Origin: a virus
Lineage: Duplodnaviria > Heunggongvirae > Uroviricota > Caudoviricetes
DNA length: 35,661 nt
Strand: one strand, 5' to 3'
Virus record (IMG/VR): IMGVR_UViG_2554235304_000012
Shown in pieces: positions 1-8,488 of this stretch; the first letter of the stretch is position 1, and each line of letters starts with the position of its first letter. The notes under the pieces were generated by a model that saw only the letters and a program-made list of their open reading frames with translations, searched no databases and was not told the DNA's origin. A program made the position numbers and the translations under genes.

Positions 1-141
1 TTACTGCTTACACTGTAAGAACGCCGCAAACTCCGCTCCCCAGAAGCTCATCCGTATTTCACACAGCGAACCGTGCAACATCCAGATGATGAGGATTGCC
101 GTCACGCAGAACGTGATGGCCGTAAGCGATTTTTGCGACAT
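1..141 (-). CDS. hok: Hok/Gef-family type I toxin, 46 aa (stop codon is window bases 1-3)
   Basis: Own minus-strand translation: MSQKSLTAITFCVTAILIIWMLHGSLCEIRMSFWGAEFAAFLQCKQ. N-terminal TM helix plus SLCEIR...EFAAFL..CK motif closely resembles HokA/Hok as remembered. Not in the ORF track (too short). Confidence 0.6.
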   Translation of the reverse strand: MSQKSLTAITFCVTAILIIWMLHGSLCEIRMSFWGAEFAAFLQCKQ

Positions 142-271
142 AGCACTTGCTCCTTTTCCGGAGAGGCGCTAACCTTTCACTTGTCAAGGTAATGCGGTTA
201 GGGCCTCGGTTAAACAGAGATGTTTTCCGGGGCCTTTCCACATCTGGCCTTCGGGTATTCCCTCCGACCAT
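59..271 (-). CDS. Mok-like overlapping reading frame (70 codons) covering the hok start in another frame
   Basis: Track ORF 59..271 (-) overlaps hok in a different frame and is 70 aa, the size recalled for R1 mok. No independent sequence similarity claimed. Confidence 0.35.
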   Translation of the reverse strand: MVGGNTRRPDVERPRKTSLFNRGPNRITLTSERLAPLRKRSKCYVAKIAYGHHVLRDGNPHHLDVARFAV

Positions 272-331
272 CAGCCGAAAGGCACCCGCGCGTAATCTAT
301 CGCGTTTTTGTTACTCCGGCAATTCTGCCTG

Positions 332-592
332 TTAATTCTGAGGTAAAGGCAAGCTCATCTGATTGTTTCCCCTGTGTGAAGCTGGCAGCTCATGCCACGG
401 GATACCTTCTGAAGAGTGGATGCCGGAGGCGTGTTTCGATGTGAATTTATGGAAAGCTTCCAGTGTTGAGAAGCATACGCCGCATTCCAGGTTGTTACAC
501 TGGTAATACTTTTGCCGCACGGTGTTTGAATCATTTTCCGGACGACTGGTGCGGATACGGGCAGATGCGCCACAAAGCGGACAACGGAACAT
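332..592 (-). CDS. ogr: Ogr-type zinc-finger late transcription activator
   Basis: MFRCPLCGASARIRTSR...YYQCNNLECGVCF matches the P2 Ogr pattern (MFHCPLC...HQCQNVNCSATF) with four Cys. Located at the prophage end opposite int, as in a P2 prophage. Confidence 0.8.
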   Translation of the reverse strand: MFRCPLCGASARIRTSRPENDSNTVRQKYYQCNNLECGVCFSTLEAFHKFTSKHASGIHSSEGIPWHELPASHRGNNQMSLPLPQN

Positions 593-741
593 AGCGACCT
601 CCCTTAACGTAGTGCTGTCGCTAGTTTAGGCTGAACTTGCTCAGACTCCAACTGATAGTTCGTTTTGTTTACTGATGCCGTAGAAAGGTCTCTTAGCAAG
701 AATAACCCCAGTTTAACACTGGGGTTGCTTGCAACAGAGCG

Positions 742-1407
742 TCAATTTTTAAGAGCACTGATACAGAAAAATTGCATGACATTTTTCTTTATTGATTTAA
801 ATAAGCTAAACATTGTGACAGGTTCAAAGCTAGTTAACTCGATGAATTCCTCTCTCATTTGAGAAAGTAACAGCTGACGTACTGATTCAATTTCTGCTGT
901 TTGTTTTCTCAAATATCTTGAGAAAACAAGTAGTTCATCAGCTGTTTTGTTTTGGCCATTTATAAACGTAACAGGTTGCCCTGGCTTAGATATGAGAAAA
1001 AATTGGTTAATTTTATCAAGTAATGGTGGAATTATTTTTTTCCATTCAGCCCATTCTTTTTCACGATGAAACTCCAGACTGTGCTGACATGTTCTTAGTT
1101 GCTGTATATCAATCGCCCAGACCTCACTCTCATCGAGGCAATCTTTCCATTTGCTAATTACATTAATGTCAAATTTTTTGTTCGGTAGATAATTATCTTT
1201 GGCGTGCGCTTCCAGTATAGAGGCAAGAGTACCTGTATATTGCATCAAATTGGTAGATGCTCGGTTTACTAGCTCAGATATTCGATCTAGTTGAGTTGTT
1301 CTAATCTCAAGTGCTTTCTTTTTACGTTCATTTCGTAAAGCAAAATATGCAGCAAGGCAGACTGCAGCAACTGTGGCTGCTGGTGCGATAAAAATTTGCA
1401 TATTCAT
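742..1407 (-). CDS. Hypothetical membrane-anchored protein (about 221 aa, N-terminal TM helix), AT-rich moron
   Basis: Track ORF 742..1431. Start moved to ATG at 1407 (MNMQIFIAPAATVAAVCLAAYFAL...), which has an AGGA Shine-Dalgarno upstream. AT-rich by eye relative to flanking phage genes. AT-rich upstream region 1432-1601 and a hairpin plus T-run downstream (about 690-725). Confidence 0.6.
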   Translation of the reverse strand: MNMQIFIAPAATVAAVCLAAYFALRNERKKKALEIRTTQLDRISELVNRASTNLMQYTGTLASILEAHAKDNYLPNKKFDINVISKWKDCLDESEVWAIDIQQLRTCQHSLEFHREKEWAEWKKIIPPLLDKINQFFLISKPGQPVTFINGQNKTADELLVFSRYLRKQTAEIESVRQLLLSQMREEFIELTSFEPVTMFSLFKSIKKNVMQFFCISALKN

Positions 1408-1601
1408 AACATGGATCCTTTGACATGGCATTTATGGGGGCTATTTCAGCAGTAATCATTTGTGTGTAAATTTGTTTGCTACAAATTAACATATTCTAAT
1501 GTAAGGCTCTTCTGATTTTGACACCGGGTAGGCTGTCAGATTGGTTATGATTCTTGCTGTAAGCGCGTTAGCAAATGTCAGGGCTAATGCATCTAAGTTG
1601 T

Positions 1602-2702
1602 TTACTCTGTTTCTGCTATCCATTCCGGGATTTTGGCTTCAAGCTCAAGCTGCGTGGTAAAGCCACTGTTATCAATGGTGTGCTCGGCTTTTGCAATGAT
1701 CCAGTCCTGATTATCAATCTCGCTTTTAAATCCTGTTACCGTGCCATGCATTTCGGGGTAGAGTTCTGCTCGTCCACGTGCCAGCGTGATGGAAAATGAT
1801 GCGGCTCCGCGTTGTAGCTGCTGCCATTTTGCCGCCGCTGCGCGTCTTGCTGCCTGCTCGTTCTGATAAGTTTTGCGTAACACAAACACGTTGCCTTCCG
1901 CACCTTCCATATAGTCACCTTCACGGCTGCTGCTTTTCTCTTTTTTCGGTTTGCGGCGTTTCACGCTGACTTTTTTCTTTTTCCCGTAATTAAGATCAAG
2001 CCAGTAGGCGCGTACACCCGTATACGCCTCGCGGTCAGCAATGCGGAACTGATGGCGATCGCCGCTGCTGCGTGTGATGGCGAACGATGGCAACGGCTGG
2101 CCCAGTGCGTTCACGCGACCGCCTGGCATGATGAATAACAGATTACCGCTTTTTACCGTGGTGATTGCGCCCAGCATTTCCGCCATGCGCGTAAGGAAGG
2201 ACATGTCGCTTTCTTCGGTCTGGTCGGCGTGGTCGATTTCGATATCCATCAGTATTTCGCTGATTTGCGGTTTCAGACCGTACCGATGAGCGATGGCAGA
2301 TACCACGCGCTCAACGGTCACATCATGCCAGGACACCTCACGTTTAACGTTAAATTCATCCCGAAAATCTGCGCTTCTGGCTGAAACAGTCAGCCTGTCC
2401 GGCGGTCCTTCGTGAGCGATTTCATCAACAATGTAAGTGCCTTTTTCTGTCAGCGGTTCTCCTTTCCAGCCAATGAGAACCGTCAGGCGCGCGCCCCGTG
2501 GCGGTAGCTGCAACTGACCATCCGCATCATCCAGCGTGATGGTGAGCTGGTCCGCCTCAAATCCCCGGTTGTCGGTCAGTGACAGGCTCATCAGGCGCTC
2601 TGCCACGCCTGACAGCGTTTTACCCTCCGCGAGAATATCAAAATCCGGCATTTTCACGGGGTCTGTGCCCTGACTGAGCAATTGCATGGTGGTATCGGTC
2701 AT
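1602..2702 (-). CDS. D: Tail protein D (late control gene D family)
   Basis: Track ORF 1602..2834. Product matches the P2 gpD family over its length. Start is ambiguous (ATG at 2702, 2687 or upstream); 2702 chosen. Confidence 0.8.
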   Translation of the reverse strand: MTDTTMQLLSQGTDPVKMPDFDILAEGKTLSGVAERLMSLSLTDNRGFEADQLTITLDDADGQLQLPPRGARLTVLIGWKGEPLTEKGTYIVDEIAHEGPPDRLTVSARSADFRDEFNVKREVSWHDVTVERVVSAIAHRYGLKPQISEILMDIEIDHADQTEESDMSFLTRMAEMLGAITTVKSGNLLFIMPGGRVNALGQPLPSFAITRSSGDRHQFRIADREAYTGVRAYWLDLNYGKKKKVSVKRRKPKKEKSSSREGDYMEGAEGNVFVLRKTYQNEQAARRAAAAKWQQLQRGAASFSITLARGRAELYPEMHGTVTGFKSEIDNQDWIIAKAEHTIDNSGFTTQLELEAKIPEWIAETE

Positions 2703-2859
2703 CTGTTCCCTCCCTGTGCGGCATGGTCGCATGTGCGTGCGGAGGGGGTTACTGCTTTTTGTTGTCGCCGGGTCGGGAGAACGGCGCAGGGGTGAGATTA
2801 CGCGCGTGGTGGGTGATGATTGTTGCCGAATCATTTTACGGATACAAGGGGCTGAAGCT
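2703..2859. promoter_or_regulatory. Divergent intergenic region between D (-) and FI (+); presumed late promoter(s)
   Basis: 157-bp non-coding gap between two divergently oriented late genes. No Ogr-box consensus found by eye. Confidence 0.3.
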
Positions 2860-4044
2860 ATGAGTGAAACTCGTTTTCATGGTGCCCGTGTTACGGAAAA
2901 TACCGACCTGGTAACAGCGATTAATGATGTTGATTCCAGTGTTATCGGTATCGTGGCAACGGCGGATGATGCGGACGCGAAGCTGTTCCCGCTGAACAAG
3001 CCCACACTGCTGACCCGCGTCAATGACGTGCTGGGAAAATGCGGGACAACGGGGACGCTTTATCGTGCGCTTAAGGCTATCGCAGACCAGGTGAGCACAA
3101 AGGTGATCGTCGTTCGCGTGGCTGAACACAAAGAAGAAGACGGAAAGACGCAGGATCAACTGGTTATCGGTGGTTCTGAATCTGACGGCAGCTATACGGG
3201 GATGTATGCGCTGCTTGTTGCAGAGCAGGATGAAAGCATCGGATACCGTCCGCGTATTCTGGCCGCGCCGGAGCTGGACACGGAGGCGGTGACAAAATCC
3301 CTGTGCGTGATTGCGGGTAAACTGCGCGCGTTTGTGTATGCCTCATGTCATGGCTGTGACACGATGGCTGATGCGATTACCTACCGCCAGAAATTCAACG
3401 AACGTGAGGTGATGCTCTTATGGCCGGACTTCATCGCCTACAACCCGAAAAGTGGCAAAAACGAAACGTTCCCCGCGCCTGCCTATGCGTGCGGCCTTCG
3501 TGCGTACATTGACCATGAGCAGGGCTGGCACAAATCACTGTCCAACGTTCCGGTTAAAAATGTGCTGGGGATGTCGAGGCATGTGTTCTGGTCGTTGCAG
3601 GCCGAAGACAGCGATGCCAACAGCCTCAACAACAAAGAAATCACGACCATTATTCGTCGCAACGGGTTCCGCTTCTGGGGCAACCGCACACCGGAAACGA
3701 ACGCCTACATCTTTGAGGTGTATACCCGAACCGCACAGGTGCTGGCTGATTCAATTGCGGAAGCGCAGTTTGAAACCATCGACAGTCCACTGACGCCTGC
3801 GAACGTGAAGGATGTTATCAGTGCCATCAGGGCAAAACTGGATTCACTGGTGACTGCCGGGAAACTGATTGGCGCGGAGTGCTGGTATGACGTGGTGGAT
3901 AACAGCACCACGGATTTACGTCAGGGGCGTGTGCGTATTCGCTACAAATATACGCCCGTTCCGCCACTGGAAGACATGGAGCTTTACCAGACGTTTACTG
4001 ATGAATACTTTGAACCCGCATTTGCGGTGCTGGGAGGTGCCTGA
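2860..4044 (+). CDS. FI: Tail sheath protein FI
   Basis: MSETRFHGARV...SDADAKLFPLNKP...QGWHK.LSNV...IRRNGFRFWGNRT...YTPVPPLE aligns by eye with P2 FI. ATG at 2860 follows GGGGCTGAAGCT. Stop overlaps the FII start (ATGA-type coupling). Confidence 0.9.
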   Translation: MSETRFHGARVTENTDLVTAINDVDSSVIGIVATADDADAKLFPLNKPTLLTRVNDVLGKCGTTGTLYRALKAIADQVSTKVIVVRVAEHKEEDGKTQDQLVIGGSESDGSYTGMYALLVAEQDESIGYRPRILAAPELDTEAVTKSLCVIAGKLRAFVYASCHGCDTMADAITYRQKFNEREVMLLWPDFIAYNPKSGKNETFPAPAYACGLRAYIDHEQGWHKSLSNVPVKNVLGMSRHVFWSLQAEDSDANSLNNKEITTIIRRNGFRFWGNRTPETNAYIFEVYTRTAQVLADSIAEAQFETIDSPLTPANVKDVISAIRAKLDSLVTAGKLIGAECWYDVVDNSTTDLRQGRVRIRYKYTPVPPLEDMELYQTFTDEYFEPAFAVLGGA

Positions 4045-4556
4045 TGGCTGTGCCAAAACATCTTCGCTTTTTTACGCTGTTTGTGGATGGTGAAAACGAA
4101 GTGGGTAAGGTGACGTCCGTCACCCTGCCTAAGCTGACGCGCAAAACCGACAGCTACCGGGGTGGTGGCATGATGGGGGCGGTAAGTATTGATCTCGGTC
4201 TGGACGACTCCGCGCTTGATGCGAGCTTTGTCATGGGGGGCGCAGTTCGTGAGCTGTTCCTTAAGTATGGCGGCACGATTGACGGCACGCTGCTGCGTTT
4301 TGCGGGTGAATATTACACCGATGCAGAAAGCGACCTGTATGAAGTCGAAATGCGCGGACGTGTGACGGAAATTGATATGGGGGAAGCCAAACAGGGCGAA
4401 GCCACATCACACACTTACGCCATTAAAAACACCTACTACAAGCTGAGTGTTAACGATCGTCCGTTGTGGGAGATTGACCTGCTGAACTTCATTTACCGGA
4501 AGGACGGCAAGGACATTGTGCCCGATCGCATCCGTTCCGCGCTCGGGCTTGGCTGA
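4044..4556 (+). CDS. FII: Tail tube protein FII
   Basis: MAVPKHLRFFTLFVDGENEVGKVTSVTLPKLTRKTDSYRGGG resembles P2 FII (..SVTLPKLTRK..YRGAG..). About 170 aa. Confidence 0.9.
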   Translation: MAVPKHLRFFTLFVDGENEVGKVTSVTLPKLTRKTDSYRGGGMMGAVSIDLGLDDSALDASFVMGGAVRELFLKYGGTIDGTLLRFAGEYYTDAESDLYEVEMRGRVTEIDMGEAKQGEATSHTYAIKNTYYKLSVNDRPLWEIDLLNFIYRKDGKDIVPDRIRSALGLG

Positions 4557-4611
4557 TAAGTAATATGCAGGCGGCGCAGTGCGTCGCCTCTGACTGAAAA
4601 GGAGACAACTG

Positions 4612-4986
4612 ATGAAAAATATCGATACTGAAACCCGGAATAACACCGTAGCGGATGATGTGACGGCAGGTGAGGATATGGCTGTCGAACGTGGTGTAAA
4701 ACTTTCCCGGCCAATTGAGCGTGGTGCCGAAAAAATCACATATGTGGAGATCACCGGGGCTATTGAGCAGGCGGGATCCCTGCGTGGTCTGTCGCTGTCT
4801 GATGTGCTGAATCTGAAAGCGGATACCATGTTCACGCTGTTGCCTCGCGTGACCTCGCCACAACTGGATGAAGTGATGATTAAAAAAATGTCGTCACGCG
4901 ATTTTATTCAGTTGTGCGCTGTGGCTGTAAATTTTATGAGCGAGCCAGACTCTGGCGCGAAGAGCGTGCAGGAGACGGCAGCGTAA
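4612..4986 (+). CDS. E: Tail assembly chaperone E (zero-frame product)
   Basis: Position between FII and T. AAGGAG Shine-Dalgarno before the ATG at 4612. Contains an A7 slippery run at 4882-4888. Confidence 0.7.
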   Translation: MKNIDTETRNNTVADDVTAGEDMAVERGVKLSRPIERGAEKITYVEITGAIEQAGSLRGLSLSDVLNLKADTMFTLLPRVTSPQLDEVMIKKMSSRDFIQLCAVAVNFMSEPDSGAKSVQETAA

Positions 4987-5150
4987 TCACCCTGGTGTGC
5001 TTTGAGCACATCGAAGATCTGGTGGCGGATATTGCCACCATTTTTAACTGGTCGCCCGCCGAAATCTTCATGATGACTCCCGGCGAAGTGGTTAGCTGGC
5101 GTGAGCGGGCGGCACTTCGCAGCGGGAATACAGACAATGAAGACTCTTGA
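4612..5150 (+). CDS. E+E' fusion from a programmed -1 ribosomal frameshift at the A7 run 4882-4888
   Basis: The -1 frame is open from 4884 to the stop at 5150 and overlaps the start of T, as for P2 E/E' and lambda G/GT. Confidence 0.5.
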
Positions 5151-7944
5151 TATCCGGGTCGCTTTCAGCGCCGTTGACAGGCTGACCCGGCCTGCCGAAA
5201 ACGCCCGCCGCCTGATGGGGCAGTTTGGTGACTCCATCCAGCGAACGCAGGGGGCGATCAAAAATCTCGAGCGTCAGGCGCGTTCATTTGAGCGCGCCCG
5301 TGACGCTGTCAGTAAAGCGGATGCTGGCATATTGAAAGCACGACGCCAGCTTAACGCTCTTAATCAGTTACAACGCACGGGTACAGTGCTCAGCGAAAAA
5401 CAACAAAAGCTGATGCAGCAGTTAAGCACCCGGCTTGAACGCCTGAATGAATCGCGCACACGGGAAATTCAGAAAATGCGGGAACTTGGCGGAGAGCTGA
5501 AACGCCACGGCATTTCCCTGACAGGCAGCGATAACACCATCCAGCAGGCCATCAGACGCACCGAACAGTACAACAACCAGCTTGAACGCGAACGGCAGGC
5601 GCTTGCGCGTGTAACGCGGGCGCGTGAGCGGTATTCGCGCGCGCAGGAAACCGCGGGAAAACTGAAAACAGGTGGTGCGCTGGCAATTGGTGCGGCAGCG
5701 GCGGGCGGCTATGCTGCCGGGCGTTTTTTGCAGCCCGCGATCGGGTTCGGCAAAGAGATGTCCCGCGTTCAGGCGCTGACGCGAATCGACCAGAACAGCC
5801 CGCAGTTTAAGGCGCTGCGTGAGCAGGCGTTAAAACTTGGCTCTGAAACGCAGTTCACCGCAGGCGATGCCGCCAGTGGGCAGGCATTTCTTGCAATGGC
5901 TGGCTTCACACCGCAGGCCATTCAGGCTGCGCTTCCCGGAGTGCTGAGCATGGCAACGGCTGGCGGTATGGATCTCGGCGAGACGGCAGATATTGGCTCA
6001 AATATCCTGACGCAGTTCGGCCTTTCTGCTGACCAGATGGACCGGGTCGGTGACACACTCACCGCAGCGTTTACCCGTACCAACACTGACCTTCGCGCAC
6101 TGGGCGAAACCATGAAATATGCAGGTCCGGTGGCGGGTAAGCTGGGAATATCGCTGGAGCAGGCCGCAGCGATGGCTGGCGTGCTGGCGAATATGGGCAT
6201 CAGAGGGAGTGATGCCGGGACGGCAATGCGTGCCAGCCTGGCTCGTCTGGCATCACCGCCAAAGGCGGCGGCAGAAGCTCTGAAAGAGCTGGGCGTGTCC
6301 GTCTCGGATGCCGGGGGCAAAATGCGCCCGATGGAGGATGTGCTGGCCGACCTTTATAAAGCCACCCGCAAATACGGGGAAGTTGACCGGGTATCGTTCT
6401 TTAAGGACATTGCCGGAGAAGAGGCTTTCACATCGTTTATGGCGCTCGTTGATGCAGCGGGTGACGGTTCCTTACCCAAACTGAGAAAAGAACTTGAAGG
6501 CGCGCGCGGTGAGGCTGAACGCACAGCAAAGGTTATGGCCAACAACCTTGACGGCGATCTGAAATCACTCGGCAGTGCATGGGAAGGGTTGCGCATCCGC
6601 ATTGCAGATCTGATTGACGGTCCGCTGCGTTCTGTCACGCAGTGGCTCACGCGGGTGGTATCAAGGGTGACGGCGCTGGCGCAGGCCCATCCGGCACTGA
6701 CGCGCCAGCTACTGATAGCAGGCGGTGCGTTGCTGGCAATGACTGCAACGGTTGGCTCGTTGTCGCTGGCTATTGGTGTGCTTGCTGGTCCGCTGGCAAA
6801 ACTGCGTCTTGGTTTTTCTCTCCTGACCGGATCAATGAATGCTGTCAGGGTCCTGCCAGCACTATGGGGAATGGTGACGGGTTCCGTTTCTTTACTGGGA
6901 GGCGCTATCGGGGCGCTGTTCAGTCCGGTTGGTCTTATCGTGGCTGCACTTGCCGGAGCTGCCGTTCTTATCTGGAAATACTGGGATCCCATCAGGGCAT
7001 TTTTTGCCGGGGTGTTCAGCGGGATTATGGAAAGGCTGGCCCCGTTGCGCGAAACCTTTGAACGGTTTGGTCCTGTTTTTGACGCAATCGGAAGCGGGAT
7101 CAGCCAGGTGTTTAACTGGTTTAAATCGCTGCTGTCACCGATGGAGTCCAGCAAGGAAACGCTGGATAAATGTACCAGTGCTGGCGAGATATTCGGTAAC
7201 GTTCTTGGCGGTGCGTTACAACTTGTTCTGACGCCTGCAAAAATGCTACTGGATACGCTGGCGTGGATACTTGAAAAACTTGGCGTCCTTCCGGATGAAG
7301 CGGAAAGGGCGCGCAAGAAAATCGAAGACGCACAGCGTGCGGCCATTCTTCAGGACAAGGTTGCCTTGCTTCAGGGGGACCTGGCGAAAATCAATCCGCC
7401 GAAGCCTGTGGAAAATGGCAATGGCACCGGAGGTGATAAACCCAAAGACAACAAACCGCTCACAGACAGCAATACCGGTACGCTACGCAGACTCAGCAAA
7501 ATTGCTGATAACACAGGTAAGCTGGTTGATGAGACGAAAAAACGCATTGGCCCCGGCGATATTGTCTTTAAGAATCTGCCCCGCGCACTTGCTGTTCGTG
7601 GGGAGTGGCAGGAGCGGAAGATTGCGCAGGTCAGTAAGCCTGCTTCCGCAATCAACATCACACCCGTGGTCCCGACTCCTCTGCCTCCGGCGCTGGTCCC
7701 TGTTGTTGCGGCCAGCTCCCGCCCGGTGGCGGAGGCCATACGATCGCCAGTGGCATCAGTTCCTGCAACTTCCCGTAACCGGGAGCCTGTTGTCTCCGGA
7801 TTTGGCGGTGAAATTCATGTTCATCTGCATAACGTTGTTACGCAGAATCCCCGCAAACTGGCGAAACTGGTCGGTGAAATGGTCAGGGCAGAATTGGAAC
7901 GACGCGACCGTGCCGGACGTGGCAGTTTTTACGATAAAGATTGA
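5137..7944 (+). CDS. T: Tail tape-measure protein T
   Basis: About 935-aa protein with a coiled-coil-rich N-terminus and Gly/Ala-rich hydrophobic central segments typical of tape-measure proteins. Sits between E/E' and U. Start taken at ATG 5137; the track begins at GTG 5101. Confidence 0.85.
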   Translation: MKTLDIRVAFSAVDRLTRPAENARRLMGQFGDSIQRTQGAIKNLERQARSFERARDAVSKADAGILKARRQLNALNQLQRTGTVLSEKQQKLMQQLSTRLERLNESRTREIQKMRELGGELKRHGISLTGSDNTIQQAIRRTEQYNNQLERERQALARVTRARERYSRAQETAGKLKTGGALAIGAAAAGGYAAGRFLQPAIGFGKEMSRVQALTRIDQNSPQFKALREQALKLGSETQFTAGDAASGQAFLAMAGFTPQAIQAALPGVLSMATAGGMDLGETADIGSNILTQFGLSADQMDRVGDTLTAAFTRTNTDLRALGETMKYAGPVAGKLGISLEQAAAMAGVLANMGIRGSDAGTAMRASLARLASPPKAAAEALKELGVSVSDAGGKMRPMEDVLADLYKATRKYGEVDRVSFFKDIAGEEAFTSFMALVDAAGDGSLPKLRKELEGARGEAERTAKVMANNLDGDLKSLGSAWEGLRIRIADLIDGPLRSVTQWLTRVVSRVTALAQAHPALTRQLLIAGGALLAMTATVGSLSLAIGVLAGPLAKLRLGFSLLTGSMNAVRVLPALWGMVTGSVSLLGGAIGALFSPVGLIVAALAGAAVLIWKYWDPIRAFFAGVFSGIMERLAPLRETFERFGPVFDAIGSGISQVFNWFKSLLSPMESSKETLDKCTSAGEIFGNVLGGALQLVLTPAKMLLDTLAWILEKLGVLPDEAERARKKIEDAQRAAILQDKVALLQGDLAKINPPKPVENGNGTGGDKPKDNKPLTDSNTGTLRRLSKIADNTGKLVDETKKRIGPGDIVFKNLPRALAVRGEWQERKIAQVSKPASAINITPVVPTPLPPALVPVVAASSRPVAEAIRSPVASVPATSRNREPVVSGFGGEIHVHLHNVVTQNPRKLAKLVGEMVRAELERRDRAGRGSFYDKD

Positions 7945-7950
7945 GGAGTC

Positions 7951-8445
7951 ATGGCCATGATGATGATCTACGGCATGTTTGTTTTTGAGCTGCGCACATT
8001 GCCGCATCAGCAGTTACAGCAAAACAAAAGCTGGCGGCATGTGAAAAATGAACGCGTTAACCGTTCAGCAAGCTGGCAGTATATCGGCGCAGGTGATGAT
8101 CGCATCGTGCTTTCCGGCGTGCTTTATCCTGAAATTACAGGTGGCGAAGTGTCGCTTTCGTTGCTGACCACGCAGGCATATACAGGACGCCCCTGGCCTC
8201 TGATTGATGGTGTCGGGCAGATTTACGGCATGTATGTACTGACTGAAACGAATACGACCCGTTCCGAGTTTGATCGCTACGGTAAGGCGAAAAAGATAGA
8301 ATTTTCACTGACTCTTGAACGCTGTGATGAGGATTTGCGGGAGCGCCTGCAATCCTCATCGTTCAGTGATATGCTGTCCGGCTTCAAAGATAAGGTCACA
8401 TCATCCCTTAACAGCGCGGCCAGCTCCGTTAAAGGGCTGTTTTGA
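7951..8445 (+). CDS. U: Tail protein U
   Basis: ..SWRH..N.R....S..WQ.IGAGDD.I.L.GVL.PEITGG..SL..L......WPLIDG.G.I.GM.V.......SE......KIEFSL.L.R.DED aligns with P2 gpU. Confidence 0.85.
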   Translation: MAMMMIYGMFVFELRTLPHQQLQQNKSWRHVKNERVNRSASWQYIGAGDDRIVLSGVLYPEITGGEVSLSLLTTQAYTGRPWPLIDGVGQIYGMYVLTETNTTRSEFDRYGKAKKIEFSLTLERCDEDLRERLQSSSFSDMLSGFKDKVTSSLNSAASSVKGLF

Positions 8446-8453
8446 TTAACGCA

Positions 8454-8488
8454 AAACCGCTAATGGTCAGATTAGCGGTTTTTATTTT
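8454..8488 (+). terminator. Rho-independent terminator after the FI-U operon (also abuts the 3' end of the invertase gene)
   Basis: Perfect 11-bp stem AAACCGCTAAT / ATTAGCGGTTT with loop GGTCAG, followed by TTTTATTTT. Confidence 0.55.

Noticed and set aside
147-444. Plus-strand ORFs 147..335 and 220..444
   Set aside because: They overlap the hok/mok and ogr genes in antisense and have no motifs. The region may instead encode a short Sok-like antisense RNA, which is noted in the findings rather than called.
2686-2859. Upstream extension of the FI ORF
   Set aside because: Homology to sheath proteins starts at ATG 2860, which has a ribosome-binding site; the extension runs into the D gene on the other strand.
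6354-7346. Long ORFs inside and antisense to the tape-measure gene (6354..7346 -, 6642..7061 +, 6929..7231 +, 5922..6320 -)
   Set aside because: Fully embedded in the T coding region. GC-rich repetitive sequence gives long open frames by chance; there are no start signals and the translations are low-complexity.
2703-8471. Idea that the FI-U inversion is a Cin-mediated invertible segment
   Set aside because: No hix-like core (..ACC-NN-GGTTTGG..) is found at either junction (2703-2859, 8446-8471), and 5.7 kb is far larger than the fibre segment. It is reported as a fixed rearrangement instead.
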